Below are positions 30,669-40,617 of a stretch of 64,000 bases of DNA, piece by piece. Under the pieces are notes generated by a model, which was given only the letters and a program-made list of their open reading frames with translations, was not told the DNA's origin and ran no database searches. Source of the DNA: an uncultured delta proteobacterium (lineage in GTDB: Bacteria > Bdellovibrionota > FAC87 > UBA2466); contig CAVZSV010000004.1 in assembly GCA_963778115.1 (NCBI GenBank), positions 1,376,001 to 1,440,000 on the forward strand, in the 5' to 3' direction. The number at the start of each line of letters is the position of its first letter. The stretch's first letter is position 1. Both the position numbers and the translations under genes were made by a program.

Positions 30669-31658
30669 ATGGGGAAATCTAATTTTGTAAGGTCTCATCT
30701 TTGTCTGATACTTTTCTTATTCTCGTTTAATAGTTTTGGATTTGAGTGTGGGGTAAAAACAAAGGAAGAAATCCTAGAAGGAATTCCTGCCCTCGAAAAC
30801 TACGTCACAAAACTGATGACCACGACTTCGGTGGATGGGCTGTCTCTTGCCATCTATCAAAACGGACAGGTTCTTTTTAGTAAAGCCTACGGAGACGGAC
30901 TCGAAGAGTCCCTTTTTGAAGCCGCTTCTTTGAGCAAAGTCATGTCAGCATTCGCCGCACTCGAACTGGCAGAAAAGGGAATAATTCCTTTAGATGACTC
31001 CCTAAGCCATCACGTTAAAAAACCCTATCTCGATCCCTCTCCCTATTCGGACATGGTCACGCTTCGCAGGATACTCGATCACACTTCGGGGATGAGTAAT
31101 GATGTCTCGGGAAACGATCGCAAACTTTACTTCGAGCCAGGAACCCAATTCTCGTATTCGGGAGCGGGATTCTTATATCTTCAACAAGCTATCGAAGACA
31201 CAACGTCGATACCTTTCGATGAATTCATGCAGGCCCCCATGCAGCGGCTGGGACTTGATGACAGTAACTATGAACTTCACGACGGGGGAAAGCTAGACGT
31301 CGGAGCTCCCTATAGCCTTTTGACGACACCTGCCCAATTAGGACGACTCTTCGATGAGATCGTTTCGCCACGCCCAGAAAATCGCTGGGTCTCTAGCCAT
31401 ATGTCCACTCCCTCTTTCCTTTTCGACACTGCTTCAAGTTGGGGCTTGGGCGTTGCCAGAGAAGAATGCCCCAATGAGTTTGCAGTCACCCATAGCGGCA
31501 ACAACTTTGATTTTCACCGAAGTAACGCCGTCATGTATGCGGGGAGCCGAACGGGCGCTGTCGTAATGGCTCGCGGGAAGGATTCGTCAGATATCACGCA
31601 AATCCTTACGATCATGGCCATCAATAAACCCTCAGAGCTTCGCAGCCCCGGATTGTAA
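30669..31658 (+). CDS. Serine hydrolase, beta-lactamase class C-like
   Basis: FEAASLSK (SxxK), LDHTSGM, FSYSG, HSG. Confidence 0.88.
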   Translation: MGKSNFVRSHLCLILFLFSFNSFGFECGVKTKEEILEGIPALENYVTKLMTTTSVDGLSLAIYQNGQVLFSKAYGDGLEESLFEAASLSKVMSAFAALELAEKGIIPLDDSLSHHVKKPYLDPSPYSDMVTLRRILDHTSGMSNDVSGNDRKLYFEPGTQFSYSGAGFLYLQQAIEDTTSIPFDEFMQAPMQRLGLDDSNYELHDGGKLDVGAPYSLLTTPAQLGRLFDEIVSPRPENRWVSSHMSTPSFLFDTASSWGLGVAREECPNEFAVTHSGNNFDFHRSNAVMYAGSRTGAVVMARGKDSSDITQILTIMAINKPSELRSPGL

Positions 31659-31733
31659 GAGACCTTCCCTTTTTATCTAAAATGATAACCAACCCAGGAA
31701 ACTAAGATGGGTCTGAGTTATATTAGGCCAATC

Positions 31734-34613
31734 ATGTGGGTAGTAGGTCAAAGAGTCTTTGCACAATTGGAGCCCGAGCTTGGCTTGGGAGCTATCTCGC
31801 AGATAGTGGGGCCCCGCTTCATTGAGGTCTCCTTCGCGGCAGTTCAGATCACCCGACGATATTCCAAGCAAGCCGCCCCGTTGCGCCGGCTGGTGCTAGG
31901 GCCTGGACAGACGATCCGATCTAAAGGCGGAAAGACCCTCACCATTAAAGAGGCAAAGGAGATCGAAGGCCTCTACCTCTACACTTCCGATCAAAACGAT
32001 ACCGTCTGGGAGTACGAGTTAGATTCAATCGTTGAAGACGATGCCCCTTTGATGCGTTTCCTCGTGGGGCAATGGGCTCATCCCAAAGCTTTCACATTAA
32101 GAGAAAAGGCCGGACAGTTGCGCGCTAAATGTCTAGAGCCCGAATTGCGCGGTCTTGTGGGGCCCAGGGTTTCGTTACTGCCGCACCAACTCAATATTGC
32201 TTCAGAGATCGCCCGTCGCCCCTTCCCGAGAGTTCTACTATCCGACGAAGTCGGACTGGGAAAGACGATCGAGGCCGGGCTTATTTTCTCCTCATTAAGA
32301 TCGCTAGGTCGTGCCGACAGGGTACTTATCTTAGTTCCGGAAGCTTTGGAGCGACAGTGGCTAGCCGAAATGTATCGGAGGTTTCATGAGATGTTTACCC
32401 TGGTCGATGAAGATCAAAGTCAGCAAGAGCAATTATCTCAAGGCCAGTCCACTTTTCAGATGAACCAAAAAATCATTTGTTCTCTTAGCTTTCTCCAAGA
32501 AAATGCCGACCTTCTGGAGAAGGCTACGGAAGTGGAATGGGATCTTATTATCGTAGACGAGGCACACCGATTAGAATGGTCGAAGGAAAACCCCAGCATC
32601 GCTTGGGAGATGGTTCGGCTACTTAGTTTGCACACGCGAGGGCTTCTGCTCCTTACCGCGACTCCACAACGGCAAGGAATCGAAACTCAGTTTGGTCTGC
32701 TTCATTTAGTCGATCCCGATCGCTTTTCAGACATCTCTCGCTTTACCACGCAAATTAAAAAGATGCGATCCGTGGCCGATCTAGCCGCAAGAATCCAAAA
32801 TGAGGAGCGGACCGAAGCTCTGACCAAGGATTTGAAAGCTCTCTTTTCAAATGACAAAGAATTGATGGAAGCCGTAGCTTCCTATTACCGGGGAGATTCC
32901 AAAGAAGGCCTTCTACATCGTTTAGTGGATCGGCATGGCACGGGAAGAGTCTTAATCCGAAATCGCAGGAGTCGCATTCAAGGGTTTCCCGATCGCAAAC
33001 TAGTTTTGTTTCCGCTGGAAATGTCGCAGGCCTGGAAAGAATGGCTGGCTAAGATTTCACCTGAGAATCTAAAGGAGTCCCACTTGTTCGCATTAGCGTC
33101 AGGGATGGAAGGGATGCCTCCCAAAGCACCCCTTAAAGATTGGTTTCAGGGCAGAGCGCTTTGTCTGAAGAGTCTTTTGGAATCTTTAAAAGGGGAGAAA
33201 GTTCTCCTCATTTGCTCGCACGCCGCGCACGTTAGAGCTTTGCAACTTTGGCTGCGATCTGAAACTACCGTCAGAACCGCGATTTTCGATGAGACTTTAG
33301 AAACCCTTGAGAGAGACCGGCAAGCGGCGTGGTTTGCGCTACCTCAACCCGACGGAGCACAAGTCCTCTTAAGTAGTGAGATCGGCGGTGAAGGGCGCAA
33401 CTTCCAATTCTGTCATCATCTGTTCTTGTTTGATCTTCCTTTGCATCCCGACGTGCTCGAACAACGGATCGGGCGATTAGACAGGATAGGTCAGGCGGAA
33501 GAAGTTCGAATTTATGTCCCCTTTTTAAAAGATAGCCCTGAAGAAGTTCTTTCGCGCTGGTATGCCGAGGGGCTTAGCGCTTTCGCTCGCCCCTGGAACG
33601 GCGCCGATCTTGGTTCGGCCATTCAGAATAAACTCCAAGAGACGATCCGCGATTTTTTGCCCCGATCGTCTCTTTACGCCAAGAGATCCGACAAACTTAG
33701 GAGTTTCCTTAAAATGACTGACCAAGAGGTAGAAACACTGCGTGAAGAACAACAAAAGAGTGTAGACCTCTTGATAGACATCAATTCGTTTGATCCCGTT
33801 CGCGGTACTGCCCTTGCCAATCGAATCACCGCACAAGACAAAGAGCGAGAGCTCCCCGCATTCTTAGACAGCGCGTTCGATTATTTTGGTGTGGAGTCGG
33901 AGGTTTTAGATAATCAGGGAACTCTTAAGATCTCAGTTCATTCCATGACTCTGGTCGAAACCTTTCCTGGTATTAGCCAAGTAGGAGAATTGGTAGCCAC
34001 TTTCGATCGCAACTTAGCATTAGCTCGAGAAGAGTTAACGTTTTTGAATCTAGAAAGTGCGATAACTCAAGGAGCGCTTAGTCTGATTCTTGAAGGCGGT
34101 GTAGGTAAGATCTCAGCTGGAATTTGGGAAAATACCCTTCCGGAAAAAGAGCCCTATCTTTTCGAGCTTCTTTATCAGCTCCAAGCCATAGCGCCTGCTT
34201 ACCTTGAAGTGGAACGCGATCTTCCCGTAACGCAAATAAAACTATTAATAACGCCTTCGGGAAAGATCCTCACTTCGCAAAGAGAGATCTCGGATATGGA
34301 GTTAAAACCGATCTCTAATCAAAGAGCGTTAGCGATTCTAGAAGACATTCGCGATTCTCTGGGGAAAACTTTTGAGACTGCGGCGGAGCACGCTCGAACC
34401 AGAGCTTGCACTAAAATAAGCACGGCCACCCGGCACCGCAAGGAGCGTCTCGAACAGGAACGCGCCCGATTAAGACATCTCGCCCAAATCAATCCGCTTA
34501 TCACCGAAGAGGAGCTTAAAGCGCATGAGGTGCTTCAAAACGAGGGGCTCAAAGCTTTATCCGAATCCGAACCCCGTTTGGATGCCATTCGACTCCTCGT
34601 CAGCGAAAGCTAG
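31734..34613 (+). CDS. rapA: RNA polymerase-associated SNF2 ATPase RapA/HepA
   Basis: EPELGLG, LLPHQL, DEVGLGKT, DEAH, TATP, SEIGGEGRNFQF, LEQRIGRLDRIGQ, terminal RLDAIRL. Confidence 0.9.
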   Translation: MWVVGQRVFAQLEPELGLGAISQIVGPRFIEVSFAAVQITRRYSKQAAPLRRLVLGPGQTIRSKGGKTLTIKEAKEIEGLYLYTSDQNDTVWEYELDSIVEDDAPLMRFLVGQWAHPKAFTLREKAGQLRAKCLEPELRGLVGPRVSLLPHQLNIASEIARRPFPRVLLSDEVGLGKTIEAGLIFSSLRSLGRADRVLILVPEALERQWLAEMYRRFHEMFTLVDEDQSQQEQLSQGQSTFQMNQKIICSLSFLQENADLLEKATEVEWDLIIVDEAHRLEWSKENPSIAWEMVRLLSLHTRGLLLLTATPQRQGIETQFGLLHLVDPDRFSDISRFTTQIKKMRSVADLAARIQNEERTEALTKDLKALFSNDKELMEAVASYYRGDSKEGLLHRLVDRHGTGRVLIRNRRSRIQGFPDRKLVLFPLEMSQAWKEWLAKISPENLKESHLFALASGMEGMPPKAPLKDWFQGRALCLKSLLESLKGEKVLLICSHAAHVRALQLWLRSETTVRTAIFDETLETLERDRQAAWFALPQPDGAQVLLSSEIGGEGRNFQFCHHLFLFDLPLHPDVLEQRIGRLDRIGQAEEVRIYVPFLKDSPEEVLSRWYAEGLSAFARPWNGADLGSAIQNKLQETIRDFLPRSSLYAKRSDKLRSFLKMTDQEVETLREEQQKSVDLLIDINSFDPVRGTALANRITAQDKERELPAFLDSAFDYFGVESEVLDNQGTLKISVHSMTLVETFPGISQVGELVATFDRNLALAREELTFLNLESAITQGALSLILEGGVGKISAGIWENTLPEKEPYLFELLYQLQAIAPAYLEVERDLPVTQIKLLITPSGKILTSQREISDMELKPISNQRALAILEDIRDSLGKTFETAAEHARTRACTKISTATRHRKERLEQERARLRHLAQINPLITEEELKAHEVLQNEGLKALSESEPRLDAIRLLVSES

Positions 34614-34614
34614 C

Positions 34615-34643
34615 TACAGGAAGGTAGGCCATACCTTCCTGTA
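34615..34643. terminator. Hairpin immediately after the rapA stop
   Basis: TACAGGAAGGTA-GGCCA-TACCTTCCTGTA, a 12 bp perfect stem. Confidence 0.5.
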
Positions 34644-34763
34644 TTTCGAATATTGACGCAAAGAGTCAATTGGGGGTAAGTTCCCCCGCTGCAAACAGAA
34701 AACGTTCTTTTTACCCAAAGGTGTTGTCTCATGTGCTATGCGCTGGCTGGGTCCGTGCGTCGA

Positions 34764-35516
34764 ATGGTATTCTCGCTCCTTTTCTTAGCCTTGGGTGTGG
34801 CTGGTCCACAGAGTCCGGCCCAGGAGGATCCTGCCGATTTCGTGACCCGGGCCTGTTCGCGTTAAAGCCTTCCTGGATTTAATACTTATCTCTTTGCTGG
34901 CGATTCAATGAGAGCAGCCTCTTACCGCGCCATATGTACCAGAAGTTTTAGCCCACTGGACATTCCTCCTCCCCAAAATTCAGAGGGATGGTCCGTCGAT
35001 GTCTTTGCCACAAACTGGAGGATGAGCGCATCTACTTTTTTTCGGCGCTTAGCTCCCTTTAAAGAACTGGACGCTACTTTGAAAGATCATCTCCTATGAC
35101 GAACTCCTTTCTCGGACGCCGAAGAAAGGGCAACACTTGTGAAACAGATTAGTGAGTTACTGGGGTATGATTTGATAACGCCAGACCGCGCTAGAGAACT
35201 GGCCCAATGGCTAAGACAGCAAGCCGCTGACGAAATAGCCGAATCAAGACGGCAGCGCGAGGCAGCCAAAGCCGCGGCTATTCAAGCAGAGCGAGACCGA
35301 ATAGAAGCGGAGCGACAGGCGGCAATTACTCGACAGAAAGAGGCTCAAGAGGAGAGAGAAAGACTCGCCCAGGCCGAGATCACGCGACAACGGGAGGCTA
35401 TAGAGAATCGGAATAGGCTCGCGAGAGAAGCGTGGGAGAAAAAAGAAAGAGAGAGATACGACGAGTTAATCCGAAAAACGGATCTATTAGTGGAAAGATT
35501 AAGAGGGGGAAGGTGA
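34764..35516 (+). pseudogene. Secreted coiled-coil protein gene interrupted by two in-frame stops
   Basis: One frame from ATG 34764 (MVFSLLFLALGVAG) passes TAA 34863 and TGA 35097 and joins track ORFs 34908 and 35139. Confidence 0.55.
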
Positions 35517-35520
35517 ATGA

Positions 35521-35558
35521 GGATTAAGGATTAATCCCTGAAGATTAATCCTTAATCC
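35521..35558. terminator. Perfect 16 bp stem-loop between convergent genes
   Basis: GGATTAAGGATTAATC-CCTGAA-GATTAATCCTTAATCC. Confidence 0.55.
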
Positions 35559-35573
35559 ATAAACCGTAATCCC

Positions 35574-36152
35574 CTAATCTTTAGACGGAGGCGGCACCAC
35601 CACGTTCTCCGGAGGAGTTGACGTGGGTGTCAGTACATCCGCGAAATAACAATACACGGGAGAGGAGTAGTCGGAATCATATTCCACTAGCACAAAAGTG
35701 GGCATTCCACTGGCGCCTTGGGTTTCAACCATCTGGAAATTGATATTCGAGTCACCTTCCGACATGGTAATCGCCCACCCGGCGGCATTCGCGTTTGCAC
35801 TTACTGTCGAAGTCATTTTTCCTTCATGGATCGCGTCAAGCGCTCGCTGCTGAACATTTCCATAGGTCAGCTCCGATACCTCTAGCTTGGTAAAAGGAAC
35901 CATGTAGAAAAGATTTCCCAGGGCCTCATCTCTTTCGCTATGAAAGAAAATTGCACCTGGCCGAAACGTCATCGGGTTACTGGGGTCGACACATTTCCCA
36001 GCCACCGCTTCGTCGTTCTTTACATCGGCAACTTTGGGATTTCCTCCCTGCGAATAGAGGTTCTGCATTTTGGTGTAAATGCTGTCCGCCTTTGCGTCCC
36101 CACTAGAATAGGCAACGAGAAAGGCTAGGACACTTAGTAAAAAGTGTTTCAT
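35574..36152 (-). CDS. Hypothetical secreted protein (paralog of the next gene)
   Basis: Signal peptide; GKCV, YCYF and VVPPP motifs shared with its neighbour. Confidence 0.7.
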   Translation of the reverse strand: MKHFLLSVLAFLVAYSSGDAKADSIYTKMQNLYSQGGNPKVADVKNDEAVAGKCVDPSNPMTFRPGAIFFHSERDEALGNLFYMVPFTKLEVSELTYGNVQQRALDAIHEGKMTSTVSANANAAGWAITMSEGDSNINFQMVETQGASGMPTFVLVEYDSDYSSPVYCYFADVLTPTSTPPENVVVPPPSKD

Positions 36153-36183
36153 AAGAAAATCCTTTCCATTCAATAATTGGGAC

Positions 36184-36759
36184 TCACTGGGGCGGCGGCG
36201 GAACGACCGTTCCCCCGGCGTTCAATCCGCTGAATGCACCTTGATAGTAGTAACAATAGCTTACTGTCTCAGCGTTGAGTGCCACTCGTAGAAAAAACGC
36301 GGTGGCTCCGGCCTGAGTGGTTCCTTGACGCAGAAAATAGGTAAACCGTTTATCTTGAGATCCGGCTTCCGTTCTCCAGGCATTTTCTAAAGAATCGAGA
36401 ATAACGACACTATTAATATCATCGTGATTGAGCCGGCGAAGAGCCTGTTCCTGTATTTCCTCATTGGAAGGAGAATCTCCGACATGAAATACAGGAATCA
36501 TGAAAAACCTAGAACCCAACACGGGATCTTGATCAACGTGAAAAAGAATCGCGGAATCGGAACGTTCGTTAGAGCCCGTCTCCTCTTCTCGTACTCCGAC
36601 GCATTTGCCTCCCCAAATGGACTCGGCATGGAGTGTCTGTGAGTTCGGCACGGCTGCCGCTTCATAGAGAGACTGAGTTTCTGAAAAGAGTGTGTTCTCC
36701 GCGAACACTGACGTTGACGCTAAAAAGAGCGCTGCTAATACCCATTTTGACATTTTCAT
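36184..36759 (-). CDS. Hypothetical secreted protein (paralog of the previous gene)
   Basis: Signal peptide; GKCV, YCYY, VVPPP. Confidence 0.7.
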   Translation of the reverse strand: MKMSKWVLAALFLASTSVFAENTLFSETQSLYEAAAVPNSQTLHAESIWGGKCVGVREEETGSNERSDSAILFHVDQDPVLGSRFFMIPVFHVGDSPSNEEIQEQALRRLNHDDINSVVILDSLENAWRTEAGSQDKRFTYFLRQGTTQAGATAFFLRVALNAETVSYCYYYQGAFSGLNAGGTVVPPPPQ

Positions 36760-37020
36760 TCCCCCATTAAAAAACACCCAAGATGTCGCTTTGAACCTTC
36801 TCCGCGAACCCTTGTGAGAACAAGGACAGAGCAATTTTGATACCAAAGAGGTCTTGACGGAAACCGTGCGGGAACGAGACGAAAAAAAAAGATTTTGAAT
36901 TTTTTTCTCTAAAAAAAATTCAGGTTGGGTGCCACAACGGAACCTCGTTGACTCAAAGAGTCACGAAAAATATTTTCCCCCTCCATTATTTCTGAAAGGC
37001 TTCTTGGCTCTGGCTGAAAG

Positions 37021-37049
37021 TCGACTGAGCACCAGTTCCGAACTATAAT
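37021..37049 (+). promoter_or_regulatory. Possible sigma70 promoter for the peroxidase operon
   Basis: TCGACT-N17-TATAAT, 7 nt before GTG 37057. Confidence 0.4.
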
Positions 37050-37056
37050 TTAACCA

Positions 37057-38166
37057 GTGCCCAAACCGATGCCTTTGCTCCTTCTCCTTCTTAGTTTCGC
37101 ACAGGTTGCGTTTGGAATTCCCTGTCCTAAAGACCTTGCCTTACGAAACGATGGCCGTTGCCACTACTCTTTGATCTATCTCAACAATCAGCCTCAGACA
37201 GGACTTCAAAAGCCCTTTCCTTATTCTGACGAAGGGATAAACCCCGGAGCTATCAACCTGGGAAGACTTCTATTTTTTGATCCCATCCTTTCGCGAGACA
37301 AAAATCTTTCTTGCGCGCACTGCCACCAACCTTCCAAAGGATTCAGCGACGGATTGCCGCGAAGTCATGGTCGTAATGGAAACGATCTTTTACGAGGAGC
37401 CCCGACCCTTTGGAATGTAGCCTTTTCTCCAGCTCTTTTCTGGGATGGACGCTCCCACACGCTTGAGCAGCAGGCCGAAGGACCTCTCTACTCGCAAGAG
37501 GAGATGGGAATGAGTCCCTGGCTCGTGGAACAAAGGCTCAACGAGATTCCCGAATACCGCCGTCTTTTCCAGCAAGTATTCGATCAAACCTCAATCAAGT
37601 CTTCGCAAGTCATTAAAGCAATCGCTTCATTCGAACGCACTCTAATTTCATTTAATAGCCGTTACGATCATTATGTGTTCGGAGATTTTCAAGCGCTAAA
37701 CGGCCGGGAGGTCGAAGGGCTGAATGTATTTCGCTCTTTCGTCACCCGATGCACGGAATGTCATACGCCCCCTCTGTTTACCAACTATCAAGCGGCTATT
37801 TTGGGCGTTCCCGATCCCAACCATGATAAAGGCATGGGTAACTTTACAGGAAACACAAAACTCAATGGAGCGTTCCGTGTTCCCACACTTAGGAATATTG
37901 CACTGACAGCGCCTTATATGCACGACGGTATCTTTCCTACTTTAGAGAGCGTCATCGACTTTTACGATCAGGGCGGAGGAAGGCACTTAGAAAACCCATC
38001 GCCCTACATTCACTGGCACATTCGGGAGATGGGTCTTAGCGACGAAGAGAAGCGAGATCTGAGTCTGTTCCTTCAAACTCTGACAGATGAGAGCGATCTT
38101 CCAGAAATTCCGAATGAAGTGCCTTCTGGTCTCAAACCTTTGCAAAAGCCTTCGAATTCCGGCTGA
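37057..38166 (+). CDS. Di-heme cytochrome c peroxidase / MauG family protein
   Basis: LGRLLFFDPILS, CAHCH, FWDGR, CTECH, FRVPTLRNI..TAPYMHDG. Confidence 0.92.
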   Translation: MPKPMPLLLLLLSFAQVAFGIPCPKDLALRNDGRCHYSLIYLNNQPQTGLQKPFPYSDEGINPGAINLGRLLFFDPILSRDKNLSCAHCHQPSKGFSDGLPRSHGRNGNDLLRGAPTLWNVAFSPALFWDGRSHTLEQQAEGPLYSQEEMGMSPWLVEQRLNEIPEYRRLFQQVFDQTSIKSSQVIKAIASFERTLISFNSRYDHYVFGDFQALNGREVEGLNVFRSFVTRCTECHTPPLFTNYQAAILGVPDPNHDKGMGNFTGNTKLNGAFRVPTLRNIALTAPYMHDGIFPTLESVIDFYDQGGGRHLENPSPYIHWHIREMGLSDEEKRDLSLFLQTLTDESDLPEIPNEVPSGLKPLQKPSNSG

Positions 38167-38187
38167 AACAAAACAGGAGCTCCTTTA

Positions 38188-39591
38188 ATGAACATAAAAA
38201 GTTCTCTCGCGTTAGTTCTTCTTTTTCCCCTTGCCCCATTAGCCATCGCAAAGACGGTCACCGTAACGGCCGGCAAGTCTATCCAAATGGCAGTTCAGTC
38301 GGCCTCTCCGGGCGATACGGTGGAAGTTCAGGCAGGCACCTATTACGAGAGTGTGGTGATTGAAAAACCGGGTATCAGATTGATTGGAAAGCCGGAAAAA
38401 GGAAAATGGCCGATTTTAGACGGAGACGGCAAACACAATGACGGCGTCATCGTATCGGGCTCCGGTTTTGAGATGGCCTACTTTCGAGTCCAAAACTATA
38501 AGGGCAACGGTGTCATGACCCAAGGGGCGGACGACATAAAGCTCCACCATCTAGTGGTAAACAATACGGGGATTTACGGCATCTATCCCACGCGAGGGAC
38601 AAAGGTTTTGGTGGAAGATACGGTAACCTGGGGAATCGCCGATGCCGCCATTTACGTCGGTATGTGCCAATACGTCGACGTTCGTCACAACGAGACTTTC
38701 AAAAACGTAGCCGGAATCGAAATTGAAAATTCGCACCATGTACTCGTCGAAGACAACAACGTTCACGACAATACGGGTGGTATTCTTGTCTTCACCTTGC
38801 CTGGACTCCCCGAAAAGTCCGGCTTTGATACGATCGTTCGCCGAAATATGGTAATAGAAAATAACCTAAAAAACTTTGGCGCCGAAGGCGCTATCGTGAG
38901 TCAAGTACCTCGAGGCAGCGGGATGATCGTCCTTGCCGGACACGGAGTGCAGTTTGAAAACAATATCGTTCGAGGAAACGAAACCGGAGGTTTGCTCTTT
39001 TCTGATTTGGACTTCGTCGCGGATTCCACCGCTCCCGATCCCGCTATTGATCCTCAGTTCTCTGATAATAAAGTTTTTAATAACCTCTTTTTAGATAATG
39101 GCGGCTCTCCCGATGGAAAAGTAAGACTTCTCTTGTTAGTAAATCATTTTGTCATTCACGGTTCGGATGTTCTGTCTTACGGAAAGGGAAGTAAAAACTG
39201 TATCGTCCCAGGTCTGGCAGCGACACAATTAGGAATGGAATCTTTTTCCGCGTGCCCTGAAAAAGCAACCACAGCCGCTACGGTAAGCATGCTTGCCCTA
39301 GCTCCTCATATTGACACTCATGCCGTAAAAGAGGAAAGCGGCGAACGAATTTTCAATGCGGTTTGTGCCGGCTGCCACGGACAGGGAATTCGCCTAATCG
39401 GGCCTCCGCTTGAAGAGATTCAAGCGAAATACCGATCTAACCCCGAGGGCATTGTCGAATTCGCCTACTATCCCACCAAGACGCGCAAAGGATATCCAGC
39501 CATGCCTGGGCAAAGCCATATTGGGAAATTAACGCTTCGGAAAGTTGCCGACTATATTCTTACGCTTAAGCCTCACAAAGCTTCAAAATGA
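38188..39591 (+). CDS. Parallel beta-helix protein fused to a C-terminal c-type cytochrome
   Basis: YGIYP, DAAIYVG, NVAGIEIENS, NTGGILVFTLPGL; C-terminal CAGCH...IGP...MP. Confidence 0.85.
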   Translation: MNIKSSLALVLLFPLAPLAIAKTVTVTAGKSIQMAVQSASPGDTVEVQAGTYYESVVIEKPGIRLIGKPEKGKWPILDGDGKHNDGVIVSGSGFEMAYFRVQNYKGNGVMTQGADDIKLHHLVVNNTGIYGIYPTRGTKVLVEDTVTWGIADAAIYVGMCQYVDVRHNETFKNVAGIEIENSHHVLVEDNNVHDNTGGILVFTLPGLPEKSGFDTIVRRNMVIENNLKNFGAEGAIVSQVPRGSGMIVLAGHGVQFENNIVRGNETGGLLFSDLDFVADSTAPDPAIDPQFSDNKVFNNLFLDNGGSPDGKVRLLLLVNHFVIHGSDVLSYGKGSKNCIVPGLAATQLGMESFSACPEKATTAATVSMLALAPHIDTHAVKEESGERIFNAVCAGCHGQGIRLIGPPLEEIQAKYRSNPEGIVEFAYYPTKTRKGYPAMPGQSHIGKLTLRKVADYILTLKPHKASK

Positions 39592-39635
39592 AAACGGCAC
39601 CCCCTAGGCATGCGCCACTTTGTTAGAATAGAAAA

Positions 39636-40484
39636 ATGTCAAAATCGCTTCGAGTTTGGTTTGGTCTTTTAGTTCTGACGCAGCTTTTCATAAACATCAA
39701 TGCTTCGGCCTTTTTTTGGGGATGGGGCTGGTTCCGACGATACCGAAGCTATGAACCTTTGCAAATGCGATCGGGGAGTTATTTCGGACGACCTCGCCCT
39801 TATTATCCGAACCGTTCTATTTTCGATGCTCCCCAGTATCCACAGGACACGCAGAAAGCTAATCCCAGCTCTCACGACGGAACCACTCCGGTACGCAGGC
39901 CTATTTCAGACCAAACTAGGACAAACTCGACTCCACCTGCTTTACCTGAAGGGATTACTCTAGACACTCCACTTCAAACGCTCTTGGATCGAAAAGATAT
40001 TCGCTTTGTTATCACCACGAAGAGAGCGATCCCTCAGCAGTGTGTTTTTGGTTCGGTAGGAACAGAATTTAATTATCAGAACGGAAGGCTCCAAGGAGTT
40101 AACGTCAGCGTAGACGGAAATTATCCGCTGGGGACCAGCTGCGAAGTGAAGATGAACGAGCTTTTTAGCGGAACCACGGGTCCGATTCACAAGTTTGGTT
40201 GTAATCTTTCTTCCTCGGTTTCCACTGAGTTCGTTCTCGATAGGCTTGGTTTCGCGGGAAAAGGCGGATTTAGCCTTCGCAATAAGAATTATGCGCCAGA
40301 AACCCCGGATGGCCGAGACCGGCTGCTCTCGAATGTGTTAGCTAAACGCGAACCAAAAGAGCACATCACTTTTCGGCGCGTGGAATGTCGCGATGGAACG
40401 CCCCCTCGCGATAGGAAAATGACTCTGAGAGATTTCATTCAAAACTTAGGGCCACTAATGGATCTCCAAATTACCTCGGGCTAG
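39636..40484 (+). CDS. Hypothetical secreted protein
   Basis: 282 aa ORF with a signal-like N-terminus. Confidence 0.6.
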   Translation: MSKSLRVWFGLLVLTQLFININASAFFWGWGWFRRYRSYEPLQMRSGSYFGRPRPYYPNRSIFDAPQYPQDTQKANPSSHDGTTPVRRPISDQTRTNSTPPALPEGITLDTPLQTLLDRKDIRFVITTKRAIPQQCVFGSVGTEFNYQNGRLQGVNVSVDGNYPLGTSCEVKMNELFSGTTGPIHKFGCNLSSSVSTEFVLDRLGFAGKGGFSLRNKNYAPETPDGRDRLLSNVLAKREPKEHITFRRVECRDGTPPRDRKMTLRDFIQNLGPLMDLQITSG

Positions 40485-40617
40485 CGATCTGAAATGAGGT
40501 TTCTTCTCACTGCTGTACGCAATAGAGTAGGCCGGCGAGCGTTATCCTCGGTGGTTACCCATGGTTCTAATGATGCATCAATCGTAGCCGTCCTTTATAG
40601 AACTATTTTGGCGAGTC

